Below, piece by piece: positions 40,412 through 49,698 of a stretch of 64,000 nt of DNA. The notes under the pieces are model-generated. The model was given only the letters and a program-made list of their open reading frames with translations. It was not told the DNA's origin and ran no database searches. Within the stretch, counting starts at the first letter, position 1, and each line of letters starts with the position of its first letter. A program made the translations under genes and the position numbers. Source of the stretch: an uncultured virus (IMG/VR IMGVR_UViG_3300023184_000085) (taxonomy: Duplodnaviria > Heunggongvirae > Uroviricota > Caudoviricetes); the IMG/VR virus record IMGVR_UViG_3300023184_000085. One strand, written 5' to 3'.

Positions 40412-41330
40412 AGAAAAATATAATTTCGAACGATGTTTTCTGTCTACCAAAAAATTAAACTGTGATTACCTCGTTTTAGATAGTTTTAATCTCGAAGATG
40501 TCAAACTGTTTTGTAAAGCACATGAAATTAAATATATAAATTTTTATAAAAAAACAAAAAATTACGATGAAATGAAAAACAAAGCTATAGAAGAATCTAA
40601 TTCCGAATGGTTGTTCTTCATTGATAGCAACGAAGCCATTATAAGTGGAATCGATAAACTTTCTGTTATTGAAAACGAAAAAGCATTTTCTGTTTGCGTA
40701 ATGAACCAATACACAATAACCAAAGAATTAAGATTGTTTAAAAAAAGTTTAAACTACAAGTTTACAAACAGTTATTACGAATCAATCATCGCAAACAGCA
40801 AGCTACTAGATGTTTACATACACAGCGCAGATGTGCTTGATCAACAAAAGGCTTTGATCTATTTCTTAGAACAAGAAGCTATGTTCCCGTCAAAAAACAG
40901 TATTCGATATTATCTTGCATGTTGCTTTTTAGCTTGTAATAGATTAACGGAATTCAGCAATAAAGCTGAGGAATTTCTATTTCATTCTAAGAAAAATGAT
41001 ATGGCTCAAATTATGATAAATTATTATTTGTCTATGGTGAGATGCGTTAAAAAGTCAAATCTTGAAAGTGCCATAAAATATATATCTATTTGCATTTTAT
41101 ACAAACCTGATATGTCTGAATTTTGGTGCTGCCTTGCTGATATTTTCTATCAATTAAACGACATAAAAAAAGCTAAATGTTTTTATAAAATAGCAATTAT
41201 TGCTGGTTCTAAAAGAAAAAAAACAGACTTATGGCCACTTGAAATTAAAAAATACAAAGAATATCCAAATAAAATGATCGAAAATTGTGATGAAATAGAA
41301 AAACAAAAAAAATCATATATAAAAATTTAA
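40371..41330 (+). CDS. Degenerate GT2-like domain plus TPR protein
   Basis: NKAIEE..SEWLFFIDSNE, LRLF; C-terminal TPR-like helices. Confidence 0.65.
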   Translation: MKMNKKITTIITIKEKYNFERCFLSTKKLNCDYLVLDSFNLEDVKLFCKAHEIKYINFYKKTKNYDEMKNKAIEESNSEWLFFIDSNEAIISGIDKLSVIENEKAFSVCVMNQYTITKELRLFKKSLNYKFTNSYYESIIANSKLLDVYIHSADVLDQQKALIYFLEQEAMFPSKNSIRYYLACCFLACNRLTEFSNKAEEFLFHSKKNDMAQIMINYYLSMVRCVKKSNLESAIKYISICILYKPDMSEFWCCLADIFYQLNDIKKAKCFYKIAIIAGSKRKKTDLWPLEIKKYKEYPNKMIENCDEIEKQKKSYIKI

Positions 41331-41695
41331 ATTTCTTGAACGACAACCGTGACCTCGTCTTCGTATCTCGCCATAGCTATATTTACTTTGGCGTGTTTTA
41401 TTTTCCTCAAATTATTTTCTAACTCGTTTATATGACAATTAATCACAGTCCAAGAACCTTCTTCTTTTTTAATTTCTTCTATTATTTCTTTATTTACTTC
41501 TTTGTTGGGAAAATAATCAGATAGTATGTGTCCACACTCTGAAACTATCTTACGATAAAGAGGAGCGTTGCAGCCACAATTGGGATTTGAAAGAAATTTT
41601 GTAACTTCTGACTGAAAATAATCTGGTAATTTTTGTCTAAATCTAGAATCTTTTAGAGCCTGTTTAATTTCCGACAGGGTTATTTTCTTGTTCAT
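41327..41695 (-). CDS. Hypothetical protein
   Basis: 122 aa; NPNCGCN motif. Confidence 0.6.
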   Translation of the reverse strand: MNKKITLSEIKQALKDSRFRQKLPDYFQSEVTKFLSNPNCGCNAPLYRKIVSECGHILSDYFPNKEVNKEIIEEIKKEEGSWTVINCHINELENNLRKIKHAKVNIAMARYEDEVTVVVQEI

Positions 41696-41912
41696 TTTGA
41701 CCTTCGTTTATAAACTTTGGAATGATCACATAGCCACAAGAAGGGCATTTAAATTGCTTTCTTCGTGTTTTATTGTTTACTTTTTTGGTCAGAGTGTCGT
41801 ATAAGATCGGCACAGAAGAAACATTGTGTTCTTTGTAATCTGCAATGGATTTAGTTATATTCTTGTAATGACACTTAGAACAATAAAATATTATTTCTTT
41901 ATTTGTTTCCAT
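41664..41912 (-). CDS. Zinc-ribbon protein
   Basis: CSKC...CPSCG. Confidence 0.65.
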   Translation of the reverse strand: METNKEIIFYCSKCHYKNITKSIADYKEHNVSSVPILYDTLTKKVNNKTRRKQFKCPSCGYVIIPKFINEGQNEQENNPVGN

Positions 41913-41915
41913 TGT

Positions 41916-42260
41916 TTACACATCTTCCTTGTTTATTTCTTCAGCAGATTGAGGTAAATTAATTATCGTAAGAGACTCTATGTAATTTATAAACATAGCA
42001 GCCAAATTAGAAACAAATCCACCAGCACAACCACACGCAAATATTTTAAATGGTTCGTTTGTGAGCCAAACCCATCCCATAAAGAACCCACACCATGTTC
42101 CACTGCACATGTAACATTCAACTATCGTTCCCAAATGTGGAATTTTTAATTTTTCTGCGTATTTTTTAATATAAAATCTTAATTTCTCGAATATCGACCC
42201 ATCAACAATAGTGTGCGACATGCCTATTGTTGATATAACGAAAAGAATAAAATCTACCAT
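41916..42260 (-). CDS. Small membrane protein with CxxC (DUF1360-like)
   Basis: IFEKLR, CYMCSGTW; hydrophobic helices. Confidence 0.6.
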   Translation of the reverse strand: MVDFILFVISTIGMSHTIVDGSIFEKLRFYIKKYAEKLKIPHLGTIVECYMCSGTWCGFFMGWVWLTNEPFKIFACGCAGGFVSNLAAMFINYIESLTIINLPQSAEEINKEDV

Positions 42261-42264
42261 GTTC

Positions 42265-42636
42265 CTATCTCCAAAAAGTTATACCGATGTTTTTGTCATT
42301 CCTGTAAATAGAAAAACTTTTGAAATTATTGTATTTTGAAAATTCAAATTCTTTCAATTCTTCTAGATTTATATCATAGTGTTTTACGAGTCCAACATCA
42401 AAATTTTCAACTACAATTTGGTCCATTAATATTTTTTCCATATCTAAAATTAATTGACCTGATTCCATTCTATTTAAAGTTTCGATGTAAAATCTAAACT
42501 TTTCACTTTTATTATTAGTATATACTAGATTTTGCCACTCATTGTAAAAGTTTTCGTGATTAATTCTAAGATAATTTTGTATGTTCTTATTGAAGAAAAT
42601 TATTTTTTCCAAATTTAAAATATTTAAAATTACCAT
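42265..42636 (-). CDS. Hypothetical protein
   Basis: 123-aa ORF at the head of a minus-strand run. Confidence 0.55.
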   Translation of the reverse strand: MVILNILNLEKIIFFNKNIQNYLRINHENFYNEWQNLVYTNNKSEKFRFYIETLNRMESGQLILDMEKILMDQIVVENFDVGLVKHYDINLEELKEFEFSKYNNFKSFSIYRNDKNIGITFWR

Positions 42637-42691
42637 ACTACATTATTTTCACTAGTGATTAGGTGTAATATTATATTTTAGGAGCATTCAA

Positions 42692-43702
42692 ATGTCAGAT
42701 TCAAATGAAATTTTCAAACCACAAAGACCAGAATCAAATCAAATGGGATCGTTTTCGGAAAATAATAATCCAGATGTTCCTAAACCAAAAATAGAAGGAG
42801 ATATACCAGAAGCATTTTTAAAGGCAATTAATCAACAAAAAAATACAAATCAACAAAAAAATACAAATCAACAAGCAACGCCTGCTAATGCTCAAGTTTC
42901 TGGTTCTGACCATCTAAAAGAACTTATAACTAATCTCAAAATAAACGGAAGAGTATACGAAGAAATTCAATTGCCATCTCGTGGTAAGTTCTATGATGGA
43001 GAATTGTCCAGTGGAACTATTCATATAAGGCCAATGACTGGCGAAGAAGAACAAATTTTAGCAACTCCTAGATTTGTTAAAAAAGGACAAGCCATCAATA
43101 TGATCTTCGAAAGATGTATTCAAGAAAAAATCAAACCACAAGATCTTCTTTCTGTAGACAGAACATACTTGCTTATTTATTTGAGAGGTATTTCTTATTC
43201 TCCAGAATATGAAGTAGAAATAAAATGTCCCGAATGTACTAAGAAATTCACCACTTCAATCGACCTAAATTCTTTACATTTAGATTCATGTCCAGATGAT
43301 TTTGGTCCTATTTTGGCCGACACGCTTCCGAATACCAAATTGACATTTACCTATAGACTCGGAACAGGAAGCGATGAACAAGAAATTCAAGATTATCGTG
43401 ATCGAAGAATCAAGATGTTCGGTGATGGAGCGGCTGATGATACTCTGACTTATAGAACCGCACAGTTGTTGGTCGACATCGATGGTATAACAAACAAAAA
43501 CGAACTTCAAATTTTATTAAAGAACCTTCCGATCAATGATGTGTCCTACATCAGATCGTGCGTAAACGAACCTCCATTCGGAGTAGACACTAATGTTGAA
43601 ATCATTTGTGCGAGTTGTTTACAAGACTTTAATGTGGAACTACCATTAGAGTCAAGTTTTTTCTTCCCTCGTCGCAAAAAGGCGACGAATACGCAAGTTT
43701 AG
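42692..43702 (+). CDS. Baseplate hub assembly / tail assembly chaperone (T4 gp26-like)
   Basis: LPSRG, IRPMTGEEE, DRTYLLIYLRGISY, CPEC...CASC and FFFP motifs. Confidence 0.85.
   Translation: MSDSNEIFKPQRPESNQMGSFSENNNPDVPKPKIEGDIPEAFLKAINQQKNTNQQKNTNQQATPANAQVSGSDHLKELITNLKINGRVYEEIQLPSRGKFYDGELSSGTIHIRPMTGEEEQILATPRFVKKGQAINMIFERCIQEKIKPQDLLSVDRTYLLIYLRGISYSPEYEVEIKCPECTKKFTTSIDLNSLHLDSCPDDFGPILADTLPNTKLTFTYRLGTGSDEQEIQDYRDRRIKMFGDGAADDTLTYRTAQLLVDIDGITNKNELQILLKNLPINDVSYIRSCVNEPPFGVDTNVEIICASCLQDFNVELPLESSFFFPRRKKATNTQV
43657..43688 (+). promoter_or_regulatory. Programmed -1 ribosomal frameshift signal
   Basis: In-frame slippery heptamer T TTT TTC (43657-43663), 5-nt spacer, perfect stem TCGTCGC/GCGACGA (43669-43688). 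Confidence 0.75.
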
Positions 43703-43887
43703 ACCTATGGAAAGGAATAGCTGAAGAAATATTTTTCTTCCAATACAATCTTCACATGGATTATAGGAATTGCATGGCACTTCCTATAAACTTACGAAAA
43801 TGGATGATAAGTAGATTCATAAAACAAAAAGAAGATGAAAACGCAGAAATAGAAAAAGAACGAAGAAAAGCAAAGAGTAGAAAATAA
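43663..43887 (+). CDS. -1 frame extension of the gp26-like protein (gp51/GT-like)
   Basis: Open -1 frame LPSSQKGDEYASLDLWKGIAEEIFFFQY...MALPINLRKWMISRFIKQKE...* ending at a TAATG overlap with the next gene. Confidence 0.75.
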   Translation, partial: LPSSQKGDEYASLDLWKGIAEEIFFFQYNLHMDYRNCMALPINLRKWMISRFIKQKEDENAEIEKERRKAKSRK

Positions 43888-44630
43888 TGGCAATAGTTGA
43901 AAGGTTTCAAAATCCTGTTTGTGGAAGTTTAGTAAATCTTAGACTTTTCACATATAACTCAAACATTAAAACAAATGTTTCTAATGTAACATCTATTGAT
44001 ATATATTTTTTAGATCCTTACAATGTTTCCGAAGCGAATCCAAAAGGACAAAGGTTATTAAAAACCATACAAGCATCGGAAATTGAAAATGTCGATTCTG
44101 GTGAATATTTAGCTCAAATTCAAGTCGATCCACCAGAATTTGGCATTGGACAATATTACGATGTGTGGAACATAACATTTACAGATGTTGATGATTGTGG
44201 CTCTGGATCGATAACTAATTATTTTACTATATATCCAGATTTGTGGTTTGCATCTCCAGTTCCTCCTACATATGATTTTTCTTTTCAATTTAGGCCAAAT
44301 AGAATTGTAAAAGGATCGAAAAGATATATTACGGTACAAGTCACTCCCAACACGCCAAAAGGCAGTGATTTACAGGCTTTTTATGAAAACCTTGCGATTA
44401 TATCAGATTTAAAAATATCAATAGCTGCTGCCTGTGGCGAGTGTTTACCTGCCGAAGAAGATTTGAGACTAATTGTAGACAAAGAAGTCATAGTTTTTCG
44501 TGAAAGACATTATGCCTTTTACCAAATAGACACAGCCGAACTAAACAAAGGCATATATGATGTTTGGTTCGAATTAACATTTTCCGATAGTATTTTTGTA
44601 TCTGAAAAAAATCAGTTACAAATTGTTTGA
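43887..44630 (+). CDS. Putative virion structural protein (beta-rich)
   Basis: TAATG-coupled; two GxY(Y)DVW repeats. Confidence 0.55.
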   Translation: MAIVERFQNPVCGSLVNLRLFTYNSNIKTNVSNVTSIDIYFLDPYNVSEANPKGQRLLKTIQASEIENVDSGEYLAQIQVDPPEFGIGQYYDVWNITFTDVDDCGSGSITNYFTIYPDLWFASPVPPTYDFSFQFRPNRIVKGSKRYITVQVTPNTPKGSDLQAFYENLAIISDLKISIAAACGECLPAEEDLRLIVDKEVIVFRERHYAFYQIDTAELNKGIYDVWFELTFSDSIFVSEKNQLQIV

Positions 44631-44647
44631 TGGTTTATCTCCCTTTG

Positions 44648-44689
44648 GAAGAAGAGGCGTGACTTGTAGTCATGCCTCTTCTTCTTTTT
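44648..44689 (+). terminator. Intrinsic terminator between convergent genes
   Basis: gaagaagaggcgtgact-tgt-agtcatgcctcttcttc followed by a T-run. Confidence 0.8.
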
Positions 44690-45954
44690 CATTCATAGTC
44701 ATTTAATTTAAATATATTACAATTTTTATCAATACAGCTTTCAGAAGAATACTCAGTCAAAAACCAATGCCACTTTTTAGGGTATTTTGGTTTTATAACA
44801 TCACAGGCGTATCCATCTGTTATTACAAAAACAGCATTTGGATATTTTGTAATTTGTTTTGTTTCAATCATGTTATAGATGTAATTTTCAAGAATGACAA
44901 AAGAAGTTCCGCCACCACCATAGAATGAATTATTGTTTTTTAAATCAAATTCCTCTACTGCTGTATCAAAACTAAAAATTCTAACTTGAAATTTATTTTT
45001 ATCTAACGACATCGCAGAATCAAAAAATCTATCTTTGTAAGAAACACAAGAACCACTTGTGTCTATGAAAAACAAAACATCTATTTTTTTATTTTCAAAT
45101 TCAAATTCTATAACTTCTTGATTGCTTGGTAGGAACATGCCTTCTGATAAACTAGTCATTCTTCTGTTGATTCTAGCCCACTGTTCTACATCTTTTATAG
45201 AATCATAGTTTTTATCTAAAAGTTCCCATTTTTTTATAACCGTCTCCCATTTCTTTTTAATTTTTTTCTTTTTAAGCGATATATTGAACCAAGAACCAAG
45301 AGAGCTACCGGCCTCGTTGGATTCTTTTAATAATTCTTTTATGCACTTGGATTCTTCTTCTGACATTTCTTGTAAGAATTTTTCATATATTTGTTTGTGT
45401 AGACCATCTTCTTGTGTCGAATTTAAATAATCATGGTTATCAACCAGTTTCGGTTCTGTAGTTCCATCTCCCGGCATTCCATCTCCGTATTTTTTTTCAA
45501 AATTATTATAATAATATTCATAAGATTCATCGGAGTTTATTTTTGATTTTTTATTTTTAAATATCGTATCTATCCAACAATATTGCTGGTGATTTAATAT
45601 TTTCTCTCTAATAAATCCAAACCTATCAACTAATAAATGGTTGACCACAATATCCATGGCTACATTTGCAGCGTTTTTGTTTTTTGAGTCTTTGCTTCTG
45701 TATCCATGATTTAAAATAACATGCATCGCTTCGTGACAAATAACAAATAGTTTATTGTTTGCATCTAAAGATTTCCAAAAATCATAATTAAAAACAAACT
45801 CTAAAAAATCTCCATTTTTATTGAATTTGATAGCAGCAGTAGAAATGTCTTGAGTAAACACAGGCTTTCCCATGTGCCATAATTTACTAAATATTGCATG
45901 GTAGCACTCAAGCTGCAATGCGATGTCCATCCATTCTTCGTTGGTAATTTTCAA
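44689..45954 (-). CDS. VWA-domain protein with N-terminal HExxH (DUF2201-like)
   Basis: HEAMH; DTSGS MIDAS; GGGTSF; ITDG. Confidence 0.88.
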   Translation of the reverse strand: MKITNEEWMDIALQLECYHAIFSKLWHMGKPVFTQDISTAAIKFNKNGDFLEFVFNYDFWKSLDANNKLFVICHEAMHVILNHGYRSKDSKNKNAANVAMDIVVNHLLVDRFGFIREKILNHQQYCWIDTIFKNKKSKINSDESYEYYYNNFEKKYGDGMPGDGTTEPKLVDNHDYLNSTQEDGLHKQIYEKFLQEMSEEESKCIKELLKESNEAGSSLGSWFNISLKKKKIKKKWETVIKKWELLDKNYDSIKDVEQWARINRRMTSLSEGMFLPSNQEVIEFEFENKKIDVLFFIDTSGSCVSYKDRFFDSAMSLDKNKFQVRIFSFDTAVEEFDLKNNNSFYGGGGTSFVILENYIYNMIETKQITKYPNAVFVITDGYACDVIKPKYPKKWHWFLTEYSSESCIDKNCNIFKLNDYE

Positions 45955-45960
45955 GCTATT

Positions 45961-47424
45961 CTACCAATCTAATTTTATTTTGTTGGTCGATCCTACGATT
46001 TTGCATTTTTCTAAAACATTTTTAATCACAAAGAAGTTGTTCTTTGAAATGTCTTGGTACGCATTGCTATCTTTTTCTGATATGTTTTTAAGACAATTAT
46101 TTACTATTCCCGGTATTGTATTAGCGTTGTTTTTATTGAAATCACTTGTCAGCACCAACAAACAAAAAGCGTTCATAGTCGCCAAACAAGACTTGGCATC
46201 ATTGACATTGATATACTCTGGTATTGTTTTAGCGAACTCTAAAAAATCAGACCAAATATCTTCAGGTAATCTAGATGGTTTTAAAGATTCATCGAACTTT
46301 AAAATATCAATATAAAAAGAAGAGTTACTTTTCAAAGCATAAGTAACAACCGTGTTTCTACCTTCTTTTCTAAAATTAACCAAAGCATCATTTAGATTCG
46401 TATTTTCAGTTAGGTATTTTCTGATCTTTTTCACCAATGCTTGATTCTGATTTGCTTTTATAATATCGTTACACAAATCCATAAAGACCTCCTCTTCTTT
46501 TATGTTTTTGAGTACAAAGTTTATAACACTATCATTTTCTAATATAACAGAAGCGATTTTCTCCCTAGATAACAACGGCATAAAAAACTTCATCATAGTA
46601 TCGCTTTCGATGATATATTTTATGGCCGATGCGTAATTGTTTTCGTTGCTTATAAAAGATTTAGCTTCAACTTTATTTTTGGTTTTCATCAGTTCTTCTA
46701 TAATCGCAATCAAAGGACCATGCGTCAATGCTCCTATTAACTTCGATACATTCGAAGTGACTGGCAAAACATCTCGCAAATCACCTTTAAAATTAAATGT
46801 ATCAAGTGCGTAGTCTAATCTTCTTGGGCTTATTTTTTCTTTTTCTTCTTCGTTAAGTTCGTTCCACCATTCTATTGCAGACTTTGCGAATTTATCACCA
46901 TATTTACTAGAAAAATAATCTAGGTCTGGTTTGTAAGGCAATCTATAGTGTACTTGAAATCTATCTAGATGTGATGGATCGAGCCTTTCTACATCATAAA
47001 CTTCTTCTTCGAATGGATTTATTGCAGCCCAAACAACTTTTAAATTTGGAAATTTTTCTCCGTTTATGGATTTAAATTGAATCAATTCCATTACCGCATT
47101 TCTAACTTTTTTATGACTTCTATTTAATTCATCAAAAAAAAGAGCCTCTACTTCACCAGTAGCAAACGCTTTTGGTCTTACTAATTTTAAATAACTAATA
47201 TCTTTGCCTTTGTATGATTCTGTGGTTTCTTTAGGAACTCCTATAAAGTCACACCAAGGGTCCATAGTAGAAGCAGAAAAATACAGCCAATTTAATTTGG
47301 CATCATCAAATGCTTGTTTGACTAACGATGTTTTACCAATACCGTGTTTACCGATAAATAATACATTTTGTTTGTTGTTAATCCAAGATGCCATCTTGGT
47401 TCGTAAAACATCGCTTTGCGACAT
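45961..47424 (-). CDS. MoxR-like AAA+ ATPase
   Basis: GKHGIGKT Walker A, FFDELNR Walker B, AAINP and LDRF motifs; paired with the VWA gene. Confidence 0.88.
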   Translation of the reverse strand: MSQSDVLRTKMASWINNKQNVLFIGKHGIGKTSLVKQAFDDAKLNWLYFSASTMDPWCDFIGVPKETTESYKGKDISYLKLVRPKAFATGEVEALFFDELNRSHKKVRNAVMELIQFKSINGEKFPNLKVVWAAINPFEEEVYDVERLDPSHLDRFQVHYRLPYKPDLDYFSSKYGDKFAKSAIEWWNELNEEEKEKISPRRLDYALDTFNFKGDLRDVLPVTSNVSKLIGALTHGPLIAIIEELMKTKNKVEAKSFISNENNYASAIKYIIESDTMMKFFMPLLSREKIASVILENDSVINFVLKNIKEEEVFMDLCNDIIKANQNQALVKKIRKYLTENTNLNDALVNFRKEGRNTVVTYALKSNSSFYIDILKFDESLKPSRLPEDIWSDFLEFAKTIPEYINVNDAKSCLATMNAFCLLVLTSDFNKNNANTIPGIVNNCLKNISEKDSNAYQDISKNNFFVIKNVLEKCKIVGSTNKIKLDW

Positions 47425-47497
47425 GGAACTATTCCTTGTGTGACAATGAAAATCTAATTTTATTTTAGCGATATTTTACAAAGTGTAAATTGAACTT

Positions 47498-48043
47498 TTA
47501 GTTAATAAAGAAAAAACCATCTTCTAATTTCAGCAATTCTTCGAGATTCAAAATAATATAATTTTTATAAATCATATAATAATTAAATTTTTTATGTGGT
47601 AAGTCAGATTCTTTTATAAATGCCAGATATGGTTTCCTATTTTTCTTCCATATAAGCAAAGGCTTCCTGCCACACCTTTCTGAGTCCAATTCGGCTTGCT
47701 TAATGAATTCGTCTATCTGGGAATTGCCTTCGTTGAAAAAGCCATGAACATCTATGTCATCATAGCCACCCTTGCTCTCGATGCAAAAAGAAAAGTTTTG
47801 TGGGCAAACCAAATCGCCAGAGAAAACATCTTGTGCGTGTTTCGGTAGATGAGATGTTTGACTCCACCTGTTGCCAGATCCTATAGATCTAGAAAATCCA
47901 GTTCCAAATCTATCATTTAAAACTTTGACTACATTTCTTTCCGTTCTGTTGCCTTTTCTTTTTCCATCGACTTTTTTCTTTTTGTTTTTCATGTCACTCA
48001 AAACATCGTCGACAAAAAAATCTTCATTATTTGTATTGCTCAT
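47498..48043 (-). CDS. Holliday junction resolvase (Hjc-like PD-(D/E)xK)
   Basis: KGNRTER, SGD and IESK motifs. Confidence 0.8.
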   Translation of the reverse strand: MSNTNNEDFFVDDVLSDMKNKKKKVDGKRKGNRTERNVVKVLNDRFGTGFSRSIGSGNRWSQTSHLPKHAQDVFSGDLVCPQNFSFCIESKGGYDDIDVHGFFNEGNSQIDEFIKQAELDSERCGRKPLLIWKKNRKPYLAFIKESDLPHKKFNYYMIYKNYIILNLEELLKLEDGFFFIN

Positions 48044-48058
48044 AAAATAATAGAGTAA

Positions 48059-49153
48059 TCATGTATTTAAAATTGCCTCTATGATTTGCAAACCATTTAA
48101 ATGCACCTTTAATGCTTCAGATATTTCTTTTATTTCAAAATTAGATACATCTTCGTTAGACTCAATTATTCCAACAATATTTTTGCTAGTATTTTCTATT
48201 TCTTTACATGTTTCTGATAATTCTTTTATATAAAAATGATTGTCTTCCGTTGTAGGATCGTTTTCTTTTGTTGTTTTTTCCAATACAAGTCTATTATTTG
48301 AATCATAAATCTTATCGACAAGATCGCCATTGTATGACCAAGGTTCGTATTGAGATGTTCTTGTCACATTGAATTTGTCTATTGTTAAACCTTTAAGCTC
48401 GGAAAGTTCAATGTGATAAATTTGATCCGCCTCTATTTGAGTAAAAATTTGTTTTCCTAAAAACTTCTTTTTTTCAAAAGACATCATTTCTAAAGAATCG
48501 ATCCACAAATCAGGATCTGAAAAGAAAAACATTTGCCCCAAAGATTCCCTTAAATCTACTATCCACAAAGGTCTATGTTTGTTCCTAAATAGCCATAAAT
48601 TACTATTATCATTGGCTATTTCTGCTATAGCCACTGCCATGTGGCCATGGTTTATAAATGAAAATATATCATGCAACGCATTTATTCTAGCATCTTGATA
48701 TGGAACAGAATCATCGGTTTCACACTCAAATATGCGAAGCAAAACTTCGCTATCACATTCGGTTTCAAGTTTGTATTTGGCCTTTAAAGATTCGTATTCG
48801 TGTGGCTCTATTCTTCCATTATGAATCAATGCTATTGCGTTATTTTTGCTTACAAAAGGATGATTGTTTATATTGTCTGATGGATCTCCACATCCTTTTG
48901 AAGCACCCCTTGAATGGGTCACAAGTATATCAAAATCAACACTCGACAAGTCGTTCCATGGTTTGTCTTTTATAAAAATTCCAGATCTTACTGGTTCCTT
49001 GTGCGTGAATACCTTTTTTTCGGAATAATTAAATCCCCAAAATCCAGATGCATCGATTCCTCTAGACTCGTTTTGTTCAAAAATTTTAGATAATAAATCA
49101 AATGATAAATTGTTATCTTTTGATTTGCCTATGTACCCAGCTATTCCGCACAT
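48059..49153 (-). CDS. Class II (Ntn) glutamine amidotransferase
   Basis: N-terminal CGIAG; RGxDASG, HSR, NNHPF, HNG and DSE motifs. Confidence 0.9.
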   Translation of the reverse strand: MCGIAGYIGKSKDNNLSFDLLSKIFEQNESRGIDASGFWGFNYSEKKVFTHKEPVRSGIFIKDKPWNDLSSVDFDILVTHSRGASKGCGDPSDNINNHPFVSKNNAIALIHNGRIEPHEYESLKAKYKLETECDSEVLLRIFECETDDSVPYQDARINALHDIFSFINHGHMAVAIAEIANDNSNLWLFRNKHRPLWIVDLRESLGQMFFFSDPDLWIDSLEMMSFEKKKFLGKQIFTQIEADQIYHIELSELKGLTIDKFNVTRTSQYEPWSYNGDLVDKIYDSNNRLVLEKTTKENDPTTEDNHFYIKELSETCKEIENTSKNIVGIIESNEDVSNFEIKEISEALKVHLNGLQIIEAILNT

Positions 49154-49698
49154 TAAAACGCACTCAAAGGACCAGAACTGCCACCCAAAGGCTCTGCATA
49201 CAATTGATCTGCTTGAGTGTTTGGTTCTGTAGGATTAACTGCTGCTGTTACATCTTTAGGCTGTTCTGGAGGCTTATCCTTAGCACTTTTCATAGTAGAA
49301 CCCAAAGAATCAGAATCCTTTGGTTCGGATGAATCGGCACTTGCTAGTTTATTTATTGGCAAACCAATACTTTTAATCACTTCTTCGAGATTAGCAACTA
49401 TTTTTGGAAAGTAATCCTTATAACTAAAATCCTTGTCGTTACTTAAAATTTTATCCAATGCAAAACAAATTTTTTGCAATCTAGATATCTCTGTGGAGTT
49501 TTCTTTTAAATTACCCGAATTGATAATTCCTTTTATCTTGTTGAATGCCTGTATGCAAACACTATTTAAACTCTTTTTGGGTATTTTTTCCAAATCATTT
49601 AATACATTTAAATATTCTTGTAAAGATGTAAGTACTGCACCTAGATCGGAAGCTATAACACCCATACTTTCAGTAATTAAAAATTCTTTAAATCTCAT
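49153..49698 (-). CDS. Candidate internal head protein
   Basis: MRFKEFLITE N-terminus; disordered C-terminus. Confidence 0.6.
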   Translation of the reverse strand: MRFKEFLITESMGVIASDLGAVLTSLQEYLNVLNDLEKIPKKSLNSVCIQAFNKIKGIINSGNLKENSTEISRLQKICFALDKILSNDKDFSYKDYFPKIVANLEEVIKSIGLPINKLASADSSEPKDSDSLGSTMKSAKDKPPEQPKDVTAAVNPTEPNTQADQLYAEPLGGSSGPLSAF

